Shown piece after piece: positions 8,115 through 16,833 of a stretch of DNA of 64,000 bases; positions within the stretch are counted from its first letter, which is position 1, and the number at the start of each line of letters is the position of its first letter. The notes beneath the pieces are model-generated. The model was given only the letters and a program-made list of their open reading frames with translations, made no database searches and had not been told where the DNA came from. The DNA is taken from the IMG/VR virus record IMGVR_UViG_3300045988_099631, positions 48,492-112,491 of that record. One strand, given 5' to 3'. Both the position numbers and the translations under genes were made by a program. The DNA is from a virus.

Positions 8115-8980
8115 ATATCCTCCATTCCTTCAAAAACCATTTGCCCCGGCAAAACGCCGTCCTCCATCCACCAGTGCATCACTTCCTTACCTGTTTGCCA
8201 GTCGCAAGGCAAGCCTCTCTTTTGCCGTTCCGCAAGCATCCTGTCAAACGCCCGGACATACGCCGCTTTGATCTTTGGGTAACGCGCAAACTGCACCTTC
8301 CGGTGCTTGCCTGCCATCGGGCAGCCGATACAACCCACGCGTTCAAAACCGCAGGCGTAAAGTGGATTCATCGAGATCTTTTCTGCCGTGCAGTAATCCC
8401 AGATGTCAGCATCCTGCCAGTCAATGATTGGGTTTACCGTCCGCGTCCCCTTGAGCTGGCAGTTTTCCATCATCATTCGGTTCTCGTCGTTGTCATTCAT
8501 AAGCGTCAGCCGCTTGTCCTTGCTCTTATGCAGCGCTTCCATAACGCCGCGAGATTTCCGCTTTTGCGATTCGGCCCAGCGAACGCCGGTCGCAATCCAC
8601 CTCCCGCGGCCGCTGGTCTCTTTGAGCGCCGCGCAGCAGTAGCGCGCCAGGCGTGTCGGCGGCATGAGTTTGCGCGGGATTAGGTTCCACATCGTCACGT
8701 TTCCGCCGTCCGGCGTCCGGTGCGTATCGATTGTGCATTTTACGCCAGCCAGCTCCAAGCGGCGGAAGGTGTCCCGCACATGCCAGACAGTCTCCGGCGC
8801 GTCCGCCGTGGTCAGCGAGTGCAAAACCTCATACTGGATACCGGCTTTTCCCGCCAGATGCAAAAGCACGTCCGAGTCCTTGCCGCCCGAGTAGGTAATC
8901 ACAAGCGGCTGCTTGTACAGGCGCAAGCTCATCTCCGAGGCCATTTTCAGCCGCTCAATCGCGGTTTGTTCTAAGTCCAT
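8111..8980 (-). CDS. phosphoadenosine-phosphosulfate (PAPS) reductase-like PP-loop ATP pyrophosphatase
   Basis: Contains the YSGGKDSDVL PP-loop and a C-terminal GCIGCPM Cys pair. Confidence 0.8.
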   Translation of the reverse strand: MDLEQTAIERLKMASEMSLRLYKQPLVITYSGGKDSDVLLHLAGKAGIQYEVLHSLTTADAPETVWHVRDTFRRLELAGVKCTIDTHRTPDGGNVTMWNLIPRKLMPPTRLARYCCAALKETSGRGRWIATGVRWAESQKRKSRGVMEALHKSKDKRLTLMNDNDENRMMMENCQLKGTRTVNPIIDWQDADIWDYCTAEKISMNPLYACGFERVGCIGCPMAGKHRKVQFARYPKIKAAYVRAFDRMLAERQKRGLPCDWQTGKEVMHWWMEDGVLPGQMVFEGMEDI

Positions 8981-8995
8981 CAGTATCCCTCCAAT

Positions 8996-9250
8996 TCAAT
9001 CCGTATCATTGCGCTTCCGGAAACAGATCTGCTTCCCAAACGCGAAAATGTCGGCTTCGGCCACTTCATCCGACCGGCAGAATGGCAGTCCGAGTTCGTA
9101 TGCTTTTATCGTTACGAAGAAAGCGCACTCCCGGCAATCTGCCCCAGGTACTTGCTTCAGCAATTCTGGAACCCTGTAGATCTCGACATCCCGGAGTTTT
9201 CCATCGATCATTAGTTTCTGCGTTTCATAGCGCTTTTTTATTCCATTCAT
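8996..9250 (-). CDS. hypothetical protein
   Basis: ORF 8996..9289 trimmed to ATG 9250, which overlaps the upstream stop (ATGA). Confidence 0.6.
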   Translation of the reverse strand: MNGIKKRYETQKLMIDGKLRDVEIYRVPELLKQVPGADCRECAFFVTIKAYELGLPFCRSDEVAEADIFAFGKQICFRKRNDTD

Positions 9251-9666
9251 GTTCCCTCTCCGATTGAAAGCTGGTTCTGCCGGTAGCATTGGAATAGTGT
9301 CTCCCCTTTGTCGTTGAGCATGTACGGCAGGAAGATTTCATCCATCTGCACCATCTCGGATTCCAGAATCGCCATCTGCGCAGCTACCCAGTCCTTCACG
9401 ATGCGCCAAGCGACACGCTCGGCCTGATCGCGGTCGCATTTGACCTTCTGTTTCGTGAGCACAGCCCACACCGCATCAACGTTTGCCGGGAGACGGATTC
9501 CGCGCGGGCCATTCGGTGTATCAATCAGGAAGGACAGTGCTGTGATATGCCCGTCATTGTCGTAATCCTGCATGATTTTCTTCGCACCGTGCTTGACGAG
9601 CTGCCCCTGAATCTCACCAAGCGTCGCAAACACATCGACCTTCGTCGTGTAATTCATGATGGGCAT
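9247..9666 (-). CDS. hypothetical phage protein
   Basis: ORF in track. Confidence 0.7.
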   Translation of the reverse strand: MPIMNYTTKVDVFATLGEIQGQLVKHGAKKIMQDYDNDGHITALSFLIDTPNGPRGIRLPANVDAVWAVLTKQKVKCDRDQAERVAWRIVKDWVAAQMAILESEMVQMDEIFLPYMLNDKGETLFQCYRQNQLSIGEGT

Positions 9667-9669
9667 GGT

Positions 9670-10122
9670 TTAATCCTCCCCGGCCGCAATCGGAAGTGGC
9701 ATCCAGTGGGTGACATAATATCCGTTGAGTGGAGCATCTTCGATGCTCAGAAGAGCATTGGCAAGGACTTCACTTGCTTCGTCTCTTCCGATGTGCCATA
9801 TCTTTTGTTCGGTGTCAAAAACTGCGGGCGAAACGAACTTCCTGTCATACGGTTCATCTGTGAATGGATTACTTACTGACTCCATGACAGTAACAGTGCA
9901 GCTCACCCACCCATATGCAGCTTTAGCCTTCGGAAGGTTGTCTTTGACACTGATCCACGCCTGCATGTGGTCCAGCAGATTGTTATATGCCGTTGTCAAG
10001 GCACCTAACGATTTTTCTAGTTCCGCATTATTAGCCGCAAGCGTCTCAATTTCATTGGCTGCAGCTACTGCCAGCGAGCCGCCATGCCGCCTAAGTTCCT
10101 GCAAAATCTCTTGTTGCTTCAT
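9670..10122 (-). CDS. DUF551-type protein
   Basis: Contains WISVKDNLP ... VTHWMPLP. Confidence 0.7.
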   Translation of the reverse strand: MKQQEILQELRRHGGSLAVAAANEIETLAANNAELEKSLGALTTAYNNLLDHMQAWISVKDNLPKAKAAYGWVSCTVTVMESVSNPFTDEPYDRKFVSPAVFDTEQKIWHIGRDEASEVLANALLSIEDAPLNGYYVTHWMPLPIAAGED

Positions 10123-10125
10123 ATT

Positions 10126-10623
10126 TCAGTTCCCCTCCGAATAGTACTTCGGCATTTCCGCCCACGCGATTACGCCGTCCCAATCTCCGCGTCCCTCCAA
10201 TCCAAACGAATGGTTTCCCCAATCGTCGGTATCGGCGCAGCACACGTCTTTGTCCACTCCCCACGCGGTTGCGACTAGGATTTCCTGTCCATCATCAGGC
10301 ATAGGGCAGTCGAACATATACTCCGGGATTTCAAAATCCGAATAGCCATGCTCGGAAAATTCAGCTTTTTCCGCATCCGTCAGTGGGCGTTCGTTGAGTT
10401 TATGCCACAATACCGGCTCGACAAGCTCTCCCATTGTTCTGCCTTCCAGCCTCACAGCGTACTGTAGTGCCTTGTGCTTGATTTGAGACAGAAGCAGTTG
10501 AATCTGAAGGTTCATGAACCACTTTCGATTCCAAATTCTCCCGTTCCAATAGATGTTTTCTTGCAGCACCAAATCGTCCAGTGATCGAATGCAATCGCCT
10601 TTCATATATTTGGGTTTACTCAT
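10126..10623 (-). CDS. hypothetical protein
   Basis: ORF 10126..10638 trimmed to ATG 10623 (ATGA overlap with the upstream stop). Confidence 0.6.
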   Translation of the reverse strand: MSKPKYMKGDCIRSLDDLVLQENIYWNGRIWNRKWFMNLQIQLLLSQIKHKALQYAVRLEGRTMGELVEPVLWHKLNERPLTDAEKAEFSEHGYSDFEIPEYMFDCPMPDDGQEILVATAWGVDKDVCCADTDDWGNHSFGLEGRGDWDGVIAWAEMPKYYSEGN

Positions 10624-10883
10624 TTCCTTTTCTCCCATTCCAATCCGCCGAACATAGTCGTTTGCTCCATGTCCGGTTCCTTTTTCTGCGCCGCCCTCCG
10701 TTTTTCAACCGGCCTGTACTCCCGTTCTGGGTCAAGAACGTCTATCGAGCAAAATTCGAAGTGTGGGCAGCGGTTCAGCCGCGTTATCTGACGGTCAGTT
10801 CGAATTTCGTCTTTTGGCTCGCACCAAATCATGTCATCACCTTGAAGATAAGCATTTACGCAGTAGCGGCAGTATTGCTTCAT
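10620..10883 (-). CDS. hypothetical Cys-rich protein
   Basis: ORF 10620..10934 trimmed to ATG 10883 after a GAGGGG SD. Confidence 0.6.
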   Translation of the reverse strand: MKQYCRYCVNAYLQGDDMIWCEPKDEIRTDRQITRLNRCPHFEFCSIDVLDPEREYRPVEKRRAAQKKEPDMEQTTMFGGLEWEKRK

Positions 10884-10894
10884 GATGAATCCCC

Positions 10895-11065
10895 TCACTT
10901 GAAAATGACCATTGCGGAGAAGAATTGTGACCATCCGTATCCAGTTTTTGTAGCGCAGTGCTGATATTTGATTTCGACTTCCTCATTGTTGTAGCCCTCA
11001 AGCACTGCATTTAACTCCCTTGTAAGTTCCCTCTCATCGCTTGCAGTAAAAATTTCAACTTTCAT
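10895..11065 (-). CDS. small protein, Cse60-like (56 aa)
   Basis: Below the ORF-track cutoff. ATG 11065 overlaps the upstream stop. Own translation: MKVEIFTASDERELTRELNAVLEGYNNEEVEIKYQHCATKTGYGWSQFFSAMVIFK. Confidence 0.5.
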   Translation of the reverse strand: MKVEIFTASDERELTRELNAVLEGYNNEEVEIKYQHCATKTGYGWSQFFSAMVIFK

Positions 11066-11541
11066 TTCTTCTCCTTTTTGTTCAGCAGGTAGTCGGCGCG
11101 AAGCGCCCGCGCAAATCCGTTGTCCGGTGCCTTCCCGTTATGGCTTGGTGTTTTGTCAAGTGCCTTTCTACACAATGCCAAACATCGCTCACAGACTGCA
11201 TAACCTGTGACTGGTGGGTTCTTCCCGCACTTTTTGCATAGCGTCACGCCGTCCATAAGAACTTTGGGGGTAGTGCCGTTCCGCCACTTATGTTCGTTCG
11301 ACGCCCGCCGTGATTTCATGGCGCATTCGCCGCACGTCCGGTATTCAGGTCGTGGAGGACGCTTCCCGCATTTTGTGCATAGACCTTCAGCAGCTCGACG
11401 TTTCGCGCGCTTCGAAACATACTCAGTTTGGTGTGCTATCCACTGTTTTTTCCTTGGGTATGTTTTCTTCACATAGTCATTGATGCAATCTGGATACGGG
11501 CAGTTAAAGCAGTCATTCTTCTTGCATTCCATGTTGTTCAA
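11062..11541 (-). CDS. multi-CxxC zinc-finger protein
   Basis: ORF in track with repeated C..CG and CxxC pairs. Confidence 0.65.
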   Translation of the reverse strand: MNNMECKKNDCFNCPYPDCINDYVKKTYPRKKQWIAHQTEYVSKRAKRRAAEGLCTKCGKRPPRPEYRTCGECAMKSRRASNEHKWRNGTTPKVLMDGVTLCKKCGKNPPVTGYAVCERCLALCRKALDKTPSHNGKAPDNGFARALRADYLLNKKEKK

Positions 11542-11920
11542 CCCTTGGTATCACAGTTTGGCCCTTCCATAATGGGATGCCAATCGGTTCTTTACTCCAT
11601 ACAGGGAATCGCATGACGGTAAGGCCTCTGCTAAGTTGTTCTGGAACCACACACAAATGTGCCTGAATTTCGAGCCGTACTGTACCGTCTTCATTTTTGG
11701 ACGTAGATACCCAGTCATTTGGAATGTCCCTATTCAGTTCAAATTCACACGTCGCTCCGGTCATGCGTCCGTTGAACGAAGTCGCATCGGTGTTGAACTT
11801 TGAAAAGACAAGCGCCATGAATCGGGAAGCAGCATAGCGCTGCGGAAGAATATCGCGGCAGTTTTGAACATCTGACCATGCGAAGATTCCAGTTTTGTCT
11901 GCAAATGCTATCCTGTTCAT
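11513..11920 (-). CDS. hypothetical protein
   Basis: ORF 11513..11941 trimmed to ATG 11920 (ATGA overlap). Confidence 0.6.
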   Translation of the reverse strand: MNRIAFADKTGIFAWSDVQNCRDILPQRYAASRFMALVFSKFNTDATSFNGRMTGATCEFELNRDIPNDWVSTSKNEDGTVRLEIQAHLCVVPEQLSRGLTVMRFPVWSKEPIGIPLWKGQTVIPRVEQHGMQEE

Positions 11921-12231
11921 TTCGTCGTTCCTCCATCCCACAGGAGTGGTTTCCCTTCAGCGTCTACCATTACGCAAGCGCCACCGTAAATGCTCCGAAT
12001 CAGATACATCACGTTTGTTTCAGTATCGACATACACGATAAGAGCGGAATTATCGTCTTTGATGACCCGTTGAAATCGTTGCTGACTGTGCTCCGCTACG
12101 GTTTCTGTTTTGGTGGCATTCTTATCACATTCACCTGCCACCGCAAACGCAACCGAGACCACTAGCATTGCTATAATCAATATCACAAGCAGAGCGACTG
12201 TCCTTGTGTAAATCTTCTCACTGATTTTCAT
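11917..12231 (-). CDS. membrane-anchored hypothetical protein
   Basis: ORF in track with an N-terminal hydrophobic helix (VALLVILIIAMLVVSVAFAV). Confidence 0.6.
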   Translation of the reverse strand: MKISEKIYTRTVALLVILIIAMLVVSVAFAVAGECDKNATKTETVAEHSQQRFQRVIKDDNSALIVYVDTETNVMYLIRSIYGGACVMVDAEGKPLLWDGGTTK

Positions 12232-12659
12232 GCGGATTCCTCATGATCGTAGATCGTGCCGCACCGATGAAGTTCATTCTGGTCGTCCACCGTAAGATTC
12301 GTGGCGTACCGTCTGTCTTTGCAGTTCCGGACTGCAAATGAGGCATCTGCTGTGGTAAACTCAACGGAGTACAGCTGTGGAACGCCTTCGACGCTCAAGA
12401 TGTCACCCTCGAAGATTTTCTCGCCATTTCTGTCAACAAGCCCGATGTACTGTCCGACCGTTTCCGGAATGACCTCCACAGCTTTATTGAACGGCTCCCC
12501 ATTGTCGATGAAGAATTTCCCTTCACACGCGCGCCCTGTGTCATTCGCGCGGCCAATCAGATAGCCATATACCCACTCACCATTGTTTACTGACTTGCCT
12601 CTGAACGTAATTTCTCGCAACTGTTTTTCCTCCCATTGTCGTTTCAAACTTCTACGCAT
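12228..12659 (-). CDS. YopX-family protein
   Basis: Contains FRGKS..W.YGY...ETVGQYIGLVDRNGEKIFEGDI. Confidence 0.8.
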   Translation of the reverse strand: MRRSLKRQWEEKQLREITFRGKSVNNGEWVYGYLIGRANDTGRACEGKFFIDNGEPFNKAVEVIPETVGQYIGLVDRNGEKIFEGDILSVEGVPQLYSVEFTTADASFAVRNCKDRRYATNLTVDDQNELHRCGTIYDHEESA

Positions 12660-13015
12660 TCGTTCTCACGAATGTTGACCCGATGCCCGTTGACCTGAAT
12701 CACATATCCGATTTGCTTGATGCCCGCATACCCGGCATACCGTTCCGCACGATACAGCGCCCCAACTTCCGGCCGAAACTCCGGGAACAGGTCAATCTTC
12801 TTTGTGATTTGAATGTCGCAATCCGTGTGCGGCAGCGCCCCTGGCCTTTTGATTTCATTGCTTGACGGCAGCTGGCCGTGACATCCATGCGCTACTCGCC
12901 ACTTCGCTGCACACTCGCAGGAACAGAACTTATGTTGGTATCCTTTCGGCCTGTATCTTTGCTTCCGCCGCACTTTCTTCCCGCACCAGTCGCAGTTAAA
13001 AAATTCCCATGCCAT
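12644..13015 (-). CDS. hypothetical zinc-ribbon protein
   Basis: ORF in track with CDWCGK...CSCEC. Confidence 0.6.
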   Translation of the reverse strand: MAWEFFNCDWCGKKVRRKQRYRPKGYQHKFCSCECAAKWRVAHGCHGQLPSSNEIKRPGALPHTDCDIQITKKIDLFPEFRPEVGALYRAERYAGYAGIKQIGYVIQVNGHRVNIRENECVEV

Positions 13016-13018
13016 ATC

Positions 13019-13408
13019 TCACCGCCGCCTTTCCTTTGAGAAAATCTCAAATGATGTCAGCGAATCCCCTGCCTTGATCTGCCCTTTGCAGAATATCCGC
13101 AGATACCCGCACGGCAGACAGTCTATCGACCACGCCGGCAGCGCCATCTTCCGATAATCACACGGTCCCATCCACTCTCCATGTCCGCCATGTCCTTCCA
13201 AGTCCAACGTCTCCGATACTCCAGACAGCCTCACGACCGGCTCAGGTCCCACACATCCTACAAAGTCCATCCGCCCCCATGTTTCACGGCTCAAACTGTC
13301 CTCCATTGGAATGATGACCAGACTATCAAACGCAGGTTCTTTACTGTCAAAACGTTCCCGTTCCGGAACTTTCTCGAAATCTTCCTTGCGCATTTTTCGA
13401 ATGTCCAT
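13019..13408 (-). CDS. hypothetical protein, first gene of the long leftward operon
   Basis: ORF 13019..13444 trimmed to ATG 13408 after a GAGGGGG SD. The upstream ATGs lie inside the shared promoter cassette. Confidence 0.6.
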   Translation of the reverse strand: MDIRKMRKEDFEKVPERERFDSKEPAFDSLVIIPMEDSLSRETWGRMDFVGCVGPEPVVRLSGVSETLDLEGHGGHGEWMGPCDYRKMALPAWSIDCLPCGYLRIFCKGQIKAGDSLTSFEIFSKERRR

Positions 13409-13426
13409 TGCTTTATCGCCCCCTCT

Positions 13427-13478
13427 ATTTTTCATCATACTCATGCCAACAAATGTTTTTTCCCATTCTTATGTCAAC
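13427..13478 (-). promoter_or_regulatory. 52-bp shared regulatory cassette, copy B (upstream of the long leftward operon)
   Basis: The reverse complement reads GTTGACATAAGAATGGGAAAAAACATTTG-7 nt-GAGTATGATGAAAAAT. The 29 nt are identical to copy A, and the following block matches at 15/16. Confidence 0.6.
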
Positions 13479-13959
13479 TCACCCATGTACGCACACCATC
13501 CCGGCGCACGCCTCCCATCAGCCGATGCACACTTGATTCATACCTATGCAATATGTGCCCCATGTCCGTAGGACACCCGATATGTTGCCGTAAGGCAACC
13601 GCGCAAATTTTATTTTTGGGGTATGCCCCATATCCGTTCCAAAATTTTAACTCAGGTTTGGGAAATACCCCCTCCCCCATGTCTATTCAGTCAAAAAGAA
13701 AGCGCCGACCATAGCCGACGTCGCAAAAGCATATTCAGGCGTATATGGAATCCAGTTTATCCAACCGGTCGCACCATTCCACACTTGCATCATGAATGCG
13801 GCGATCATCCATTCAACCACTACGTCCGTTTTTGGTGTCGTTTCGCGGAACATGGTCAGAGGGGGAAGTGCTTAGTGCGTTCTCCGATTTTGGGTGCGTC
13901 CTGGTCTTGTAAAATGGGGGGTGTTCTTTCATTCTGACGTGATTCTTTCATTTTTGGGC

Positions 13960-14000
13960 GTATGTCGTTTACATTATGCCCTATAAAGTAAACGACATAC
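13960..14000. repeat. 13-bp perfect inverted repeat GTATGTCGTTTAC / GTAAACGACATAC with a 15-nt spacer
   Basis: Arms at 13960-13972 and 13988-14000. Confidence 0.85.
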
Positions 14001-14336
14001 CATCATTTTTGCAAGATTTCCGTCAGAATCATGCAGAAGTCCGAACTTTTTCCGGATTTTTGCATGACACGCCCAGTTTGCTGCGGCTTGCCGTTGGTGT
14101 GCAATGGGGCGCGGTTGGAAATTTTGCCGCTTGTTTCCGCCTGAACAGAGCGGAGCCGGGAACACTTTCCCCGCGCGGCTGTTGTGGTGTGCTGTAAGTA
14201 GCTGTTGGCTGGTGTTCGCTTGGGTTGCGGCGCGTTGCCTTCTAGTTGGCAGGGCTGGGCGGCAGGGGCTGGCGGTGAGTTGAACGTTGGTGCGCGGGTA
14301 TAAAGAATATAGTGTAATACTCGCCCGCGCAATCAA

Positions 14337-14383
14337 CACACGCGCACGCACGCGACGCGCACGCATACGCGCATACGCGCGCG
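14337..14383. repeat. alternating purine-pyrimidine (CG/CA/TA) tract, about 47 nt with one phase slip
   Basis: Reads cacacgcgcacgcacgcg-acgcgcacgcatacgcgcatacgcgcgcg. Confidence 0.85.
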
Positions 14384-14522
14384 ATATAATATGGAGTGAC
14401 TGCGGGAGTGTGTGCGGGGCGTGTAGGGGCTGCGCTGGGCTGTTGGGTCGGTGTTGGGGCGGTGTTGGGGCTTGTGGTGGCGCTGGTGGTCGGCTAGGGG
14501 CTGCGGGGGCCTTGGCGGGCGG

Positions 14523-15245
14523 TTAAGCCTGCGCAAGGTAGCGGGCGCGTATCTTATCGATTCGGCGTTGAACGGCGCTTTTGCTCATGCCAAGGGCGGC
14601 GGCAATGGTGCGGACGGTGTGCCCGTCGGCAAGTGCTCGGATGATTGCGCGGTCGGTGCTGTCAGTGGCTGCGGCCTCGATGGCGGCGCGGATAATGGCG
14701 GCATCTTCGGGGCTGCTGCTGACGGGGGCGGCTGTGACGCTTGGCAGGTAGTCGAGCGGTGTTTGTGTGCAGTCGTCGCCGTCCGCGTCGGCGGCGCTGG
14801 TGAGTTGGCAGCAGTTGGACGCGTGCCGGTACTCGGCGCGGCTGATGACGTGCGTTGCCTGGGTGCAGGCTGCAAAGAGTATGTGCGTAAGGGTGTGCGG
14901 CTCGTCGCTTTGCTCGTTGCGCGTGAGGGCAGGCGCGACGCGGGGCCATGCCTCGGCTGCGACGGTCTGCGCGTCGTCCGGGGTGCGTATCCATTCTGTA
15001 TCGATTCCGCGTCCGGTGGCCTCGGCGCGGTGCTTGACGGTCCACGCCATGCGGATCAGCGCGGTATACTGTTCCTCGCCGCTCATGTTGTCCCACACGC
15101 GGCGGGCTGCTGTGGCGGCTTTGGCGGTTCTGTGCGCCTCTTTCAGGCAGATGGCAAACTGGGCGCGGCTGCGGGTCTCGGGGTACTCTGCGACGGTGGC
15201 GCGGTACAGGCTCCATGCCTGCCGCATGATCTGGGCTTTACTCAT
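14523..15245 (-). CDS. HTH protein with sigma-70 region-4-like C-terminus (candidate phage sigma factor)
   Basis: The C-terminus DRAIIRALADGHTVRTIAAALGMSKSAVQRRIDKIRARY resembles sigma region 4.2 / LuxR-type HTH. The overlapping + strand ORF 14451..15365 is Gly/Ala/Cys junk. Confidence 0.6.
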   Translation of the reverse strand: MSKAQIMRQAWSLYRATVAEYPETRSRAQFAICLKEAHRTAKAATAARRVWDNMSGEEQYTALIRMAWTVKHRAEATGRGIDTEWIRTPDDAQTVAAEAWPRVAPALTRNEQSDEPHTLTHILFAACTQATHVISRAEYRHASNCCQLTSAADADGDDCTQTPLDYLPSVTAAPVSSSPEDAAIIRAAIEAAATDSTDRAIIRALADGHTVRTIAAALGMSKSAVQRRIDKIRARYLAQA

Positions 15246-15342
15246 GTTGAAGATCTCCTTTATTCGTTTTACTTGATGGGGCGGGGCCGCTTTGGTGCCG
15301 GGTGCGGCTCTGCTAGGGTGTCCGGGGCGGGGGGCTGTGCCC

Positions 15343-15522
15343 TCAGAAGCTCGGCTGTAGCTTGATCTCCCAACGGCCGCAAATGTCGCCTGCGGCGTTT
15401 TTCTCGGCCTTTTTCAGGGCCTTTTCGATTGCTGCCGCTTTGTTGGGTGCGCTCACGGTAAATGCTTGGTGCTTGCCGCCATTATCCACGCAGCGGAAAG
15501 CGAACTTGTAGTTGCTGCTCAT
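15343..15522 (-). CDS. small hypothetical protein (59 aa)
   Basis: ORF 15343..15714 trimmed to ATG 15522 after a GGAGGTG SD. Confidence 0.55.
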   Translation of the reverse strand: MSSNYKFAFRCVDNGGKHQAFTVSAPNKAAAIEKALKKAEKNAAGDICGRWEIKLQPSF

Positions 15523-15749
15523 GCTCTCACCTCCCCGGCAACGGTGAACTCTCCGGCCCATGCGCGGATGATTGATCCGGCCTCGGTCACGGCGGTGATC
15601 CAGCCGCTGACGTTCGCGGCCTTGCGGCAGCGGATGACCTGCCCGCGTCCGGCGTTGTAGTCGATTCGCAGGCCCTCGGCGGCTGCGGCGCGGATCTCGG
15701 CGGGCGTGTGCCACTGCGGGCGATCCGTGGGACTAATGTTGATCTTCAT
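15519..15749 (-). CDS. small hypothetical protein
   Basis: ORF 15519..15824 trimmed to ATG 15749 after an AAAGGAG SD. Confidence 0.55.
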   Translation of the reverse strand: MKINISPTDRPQWHTPAEIRAAAAEGLRIDYNAGRGQVIRCRKAANVSGWITAVTEAGSIIRAWAGEFTVAGEVRA

Positions 15750-15763
15750 GTTGTAGGCTCCTT

Positions 15764-15994
15764 TCAGTTCTCGGTGAAGTACCGGCGCAAGGTGGAATCT
15801 TCCGGGCTTTCTGAATCCAGCCACGCATTAAACGCGCTGGGGTTGCGCTTTTCGAGTTCGTCCATGATCCAGCCGCGCGTGATCGCGGTTTCCGGTGATG
15901 TGCTGAGAAATTCCGTTGTTTCCCACGCTTTTAAAAGTTGTTCATTCGTCAGTTTGGCGATGATTGCCGGAGCTGGTGCGGTTTCGTGTTTCAC
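15764..15994 (-). CDS. small hypothetical protein (GTG start)
   Basis: ORF 15764..16072 trimmed to GTG 15994. It is preceded by the same AAAGGAGCCTACA leader as the 15749 start. Confidence 0.5.
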   Translation of the reverse strand: MKHETAPAPAIIAKLTNEQLLKAWETTEFLSTSPETAITRGWIMDELEKRNPSAFNAWLDSESPEDSTLRRYFTEN

Positions 15995-16008
15995 GGTGTA
16001 GGCTCCTT

Positions 16009-16200
16009 TCAGGTTGTCCCGGCGGCGTGTGCCGCCATGTAAGCCGCTTCCGCGCGTCTTGCGTCCAGCCATGCGGCCCAGATGGTCGCGGTGTCCTGCC
16101 CGATCTTCAAGCGCACGGCGCAGAATTCCAAGAAGCGATTAAACAGCTCCTTGTCTTTCACCTGCTGGTACAGTTTCAAAAATTCCGTTGTCTGGTTCAT
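16009..16200 (-). CDS. small protein, IWAAW-motif family (paralog of 28562..28726)
   Basis: ORF in track. FLEFCAVRLKIGQDTATIWAAW aligns with FMMFCFKRLNLGEDVPEIWAAW. Confidence 0.6.
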   Translation of the reverse strand: MNQTTEFLKLYQQVKDKELFNRFLEFCAVRLKIGQDTATIWAAWLDARRAEAAYMAAHAAGTT

Positions 16201-16236
16201 GCTCTTTTATCTCCCTTCGGTTTGTTCTTGCTTCCC

Positions 16237-16602
16237 TTAGATGATATACATTTTTTGATCAATCGTGATCGTTACGGCTTCCTGCTGCATTTCGGCTTTG
16301 ATCTGCTGGGCCAGCGTCAGCACGTCCGGCAGGCGATCCCGGAGCTGTTCGGCGGTGCAGGCGGCGTAAACGATCGTCACGGCCTCGCGGACCAGTCCGG
16401 CGTTATCGCTCACCCAATAGCCAGTGCTTTGCTGGGCGGTTGCGCCGCCGAACCAGCCGCAAAACTCGCGGGCGACGCGTTCAACCTGCGCGGCGTTGTC
16501 GGTGGCGTGGTTGATGTCCTGCGTGCCGGGGACGTAGAGCGCGACGCGCTGCGGGAGCGTGATCTGGGCGGCGTTGCTGATGATGTTGTTGATCTCTTCC
16601 AT
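16237..16602 (-). CDS. hypothetical protein, first gene of the GC-rich leftward operon
   Basis: ORF in track, downstream of the TTGAAA-17-TATAAT promoter. Confidence 0.65.
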   Translation of the reverse strand: MEEINNIISNAAQITLPQRVALYVPGTQDINHATDNAAQVERVAREFCGWFGGATAQQSTGYWVSDNAGLVREAVTIVYAACTAEQLRDRLPDVLTLAQQIKAEMQQEAVTITIDQKMYII

Positions 16603-16668
16603 TGTTGTATCCTTTCCGGCCTTCGGCCTATGCCCTGCGGGGCGTTCGTTGTTTCATTTGATGGCTTT

Positions 16669-16697
16669 ATTATATATAGTTATTACATATATTTCAA
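16669..16697 (-). promoter_or_regulatory. canonical sigma-70-type promoter for the GC-rich leftward operon
   Basis: Minus strand TTGAAA (16697-16692), a 17-nt spacer, then TATAAT (16674-16669). It overlaps 17-bp repeat copy 1. Confidence 0.55.
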
Positions 16698-16755
16698 TAG
16701 GCATATTGTCTAAATATTAACTAGATTTTTGTGTAAATTATATAGTTATTACATA
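16673..16755. repeat. two perfect 17-bp direct repeats TATATAGTTATTACATA (16673-16689, 16739-16755)
   Basis: Read directly from the sequence. They lie in the AT-rich divergent control region. Confidence 0.9.
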
Positions 16756-16793
16756 GATTTATGCTGGATAGATATTACCTATATAATGTATAG

Positions 16794-16822
16794 TTGCGCT
16801 ATAGATTTTTTTATGCTATATT
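16794..16822 (+). promoter_or_regulatory. possible sigma-70-type rightward promoter
   Basis: TTGCGC-17-TATATT, just upstream of cassette copy 1. Confidence 0.35.
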
Positions 16823-16833
16823 ACATATAGCGC

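Noticed and set aside
13683-13853. 56-aa hydrophobic - strand ORF (MFRETTPKTDVVVEWMIAAFMMQVWNGATGW...)
   Set aside because: It has no SD-like sequence upstream (CCCCCTCTGACC-ATG) and sits isolated in a non-coding block. It may still be real; I left it unannotated.
14451-15365. 304-aa + strand ORF (also 14585..14875, 14662..15216 and 14767..15276)
   Set aside because: These are Gly/Ala/Arg/Cys-rich translations typical of off-frame reading in GC-rich DNA. They overlap the - strand ORF, which has a recognisable HTH and operon context.
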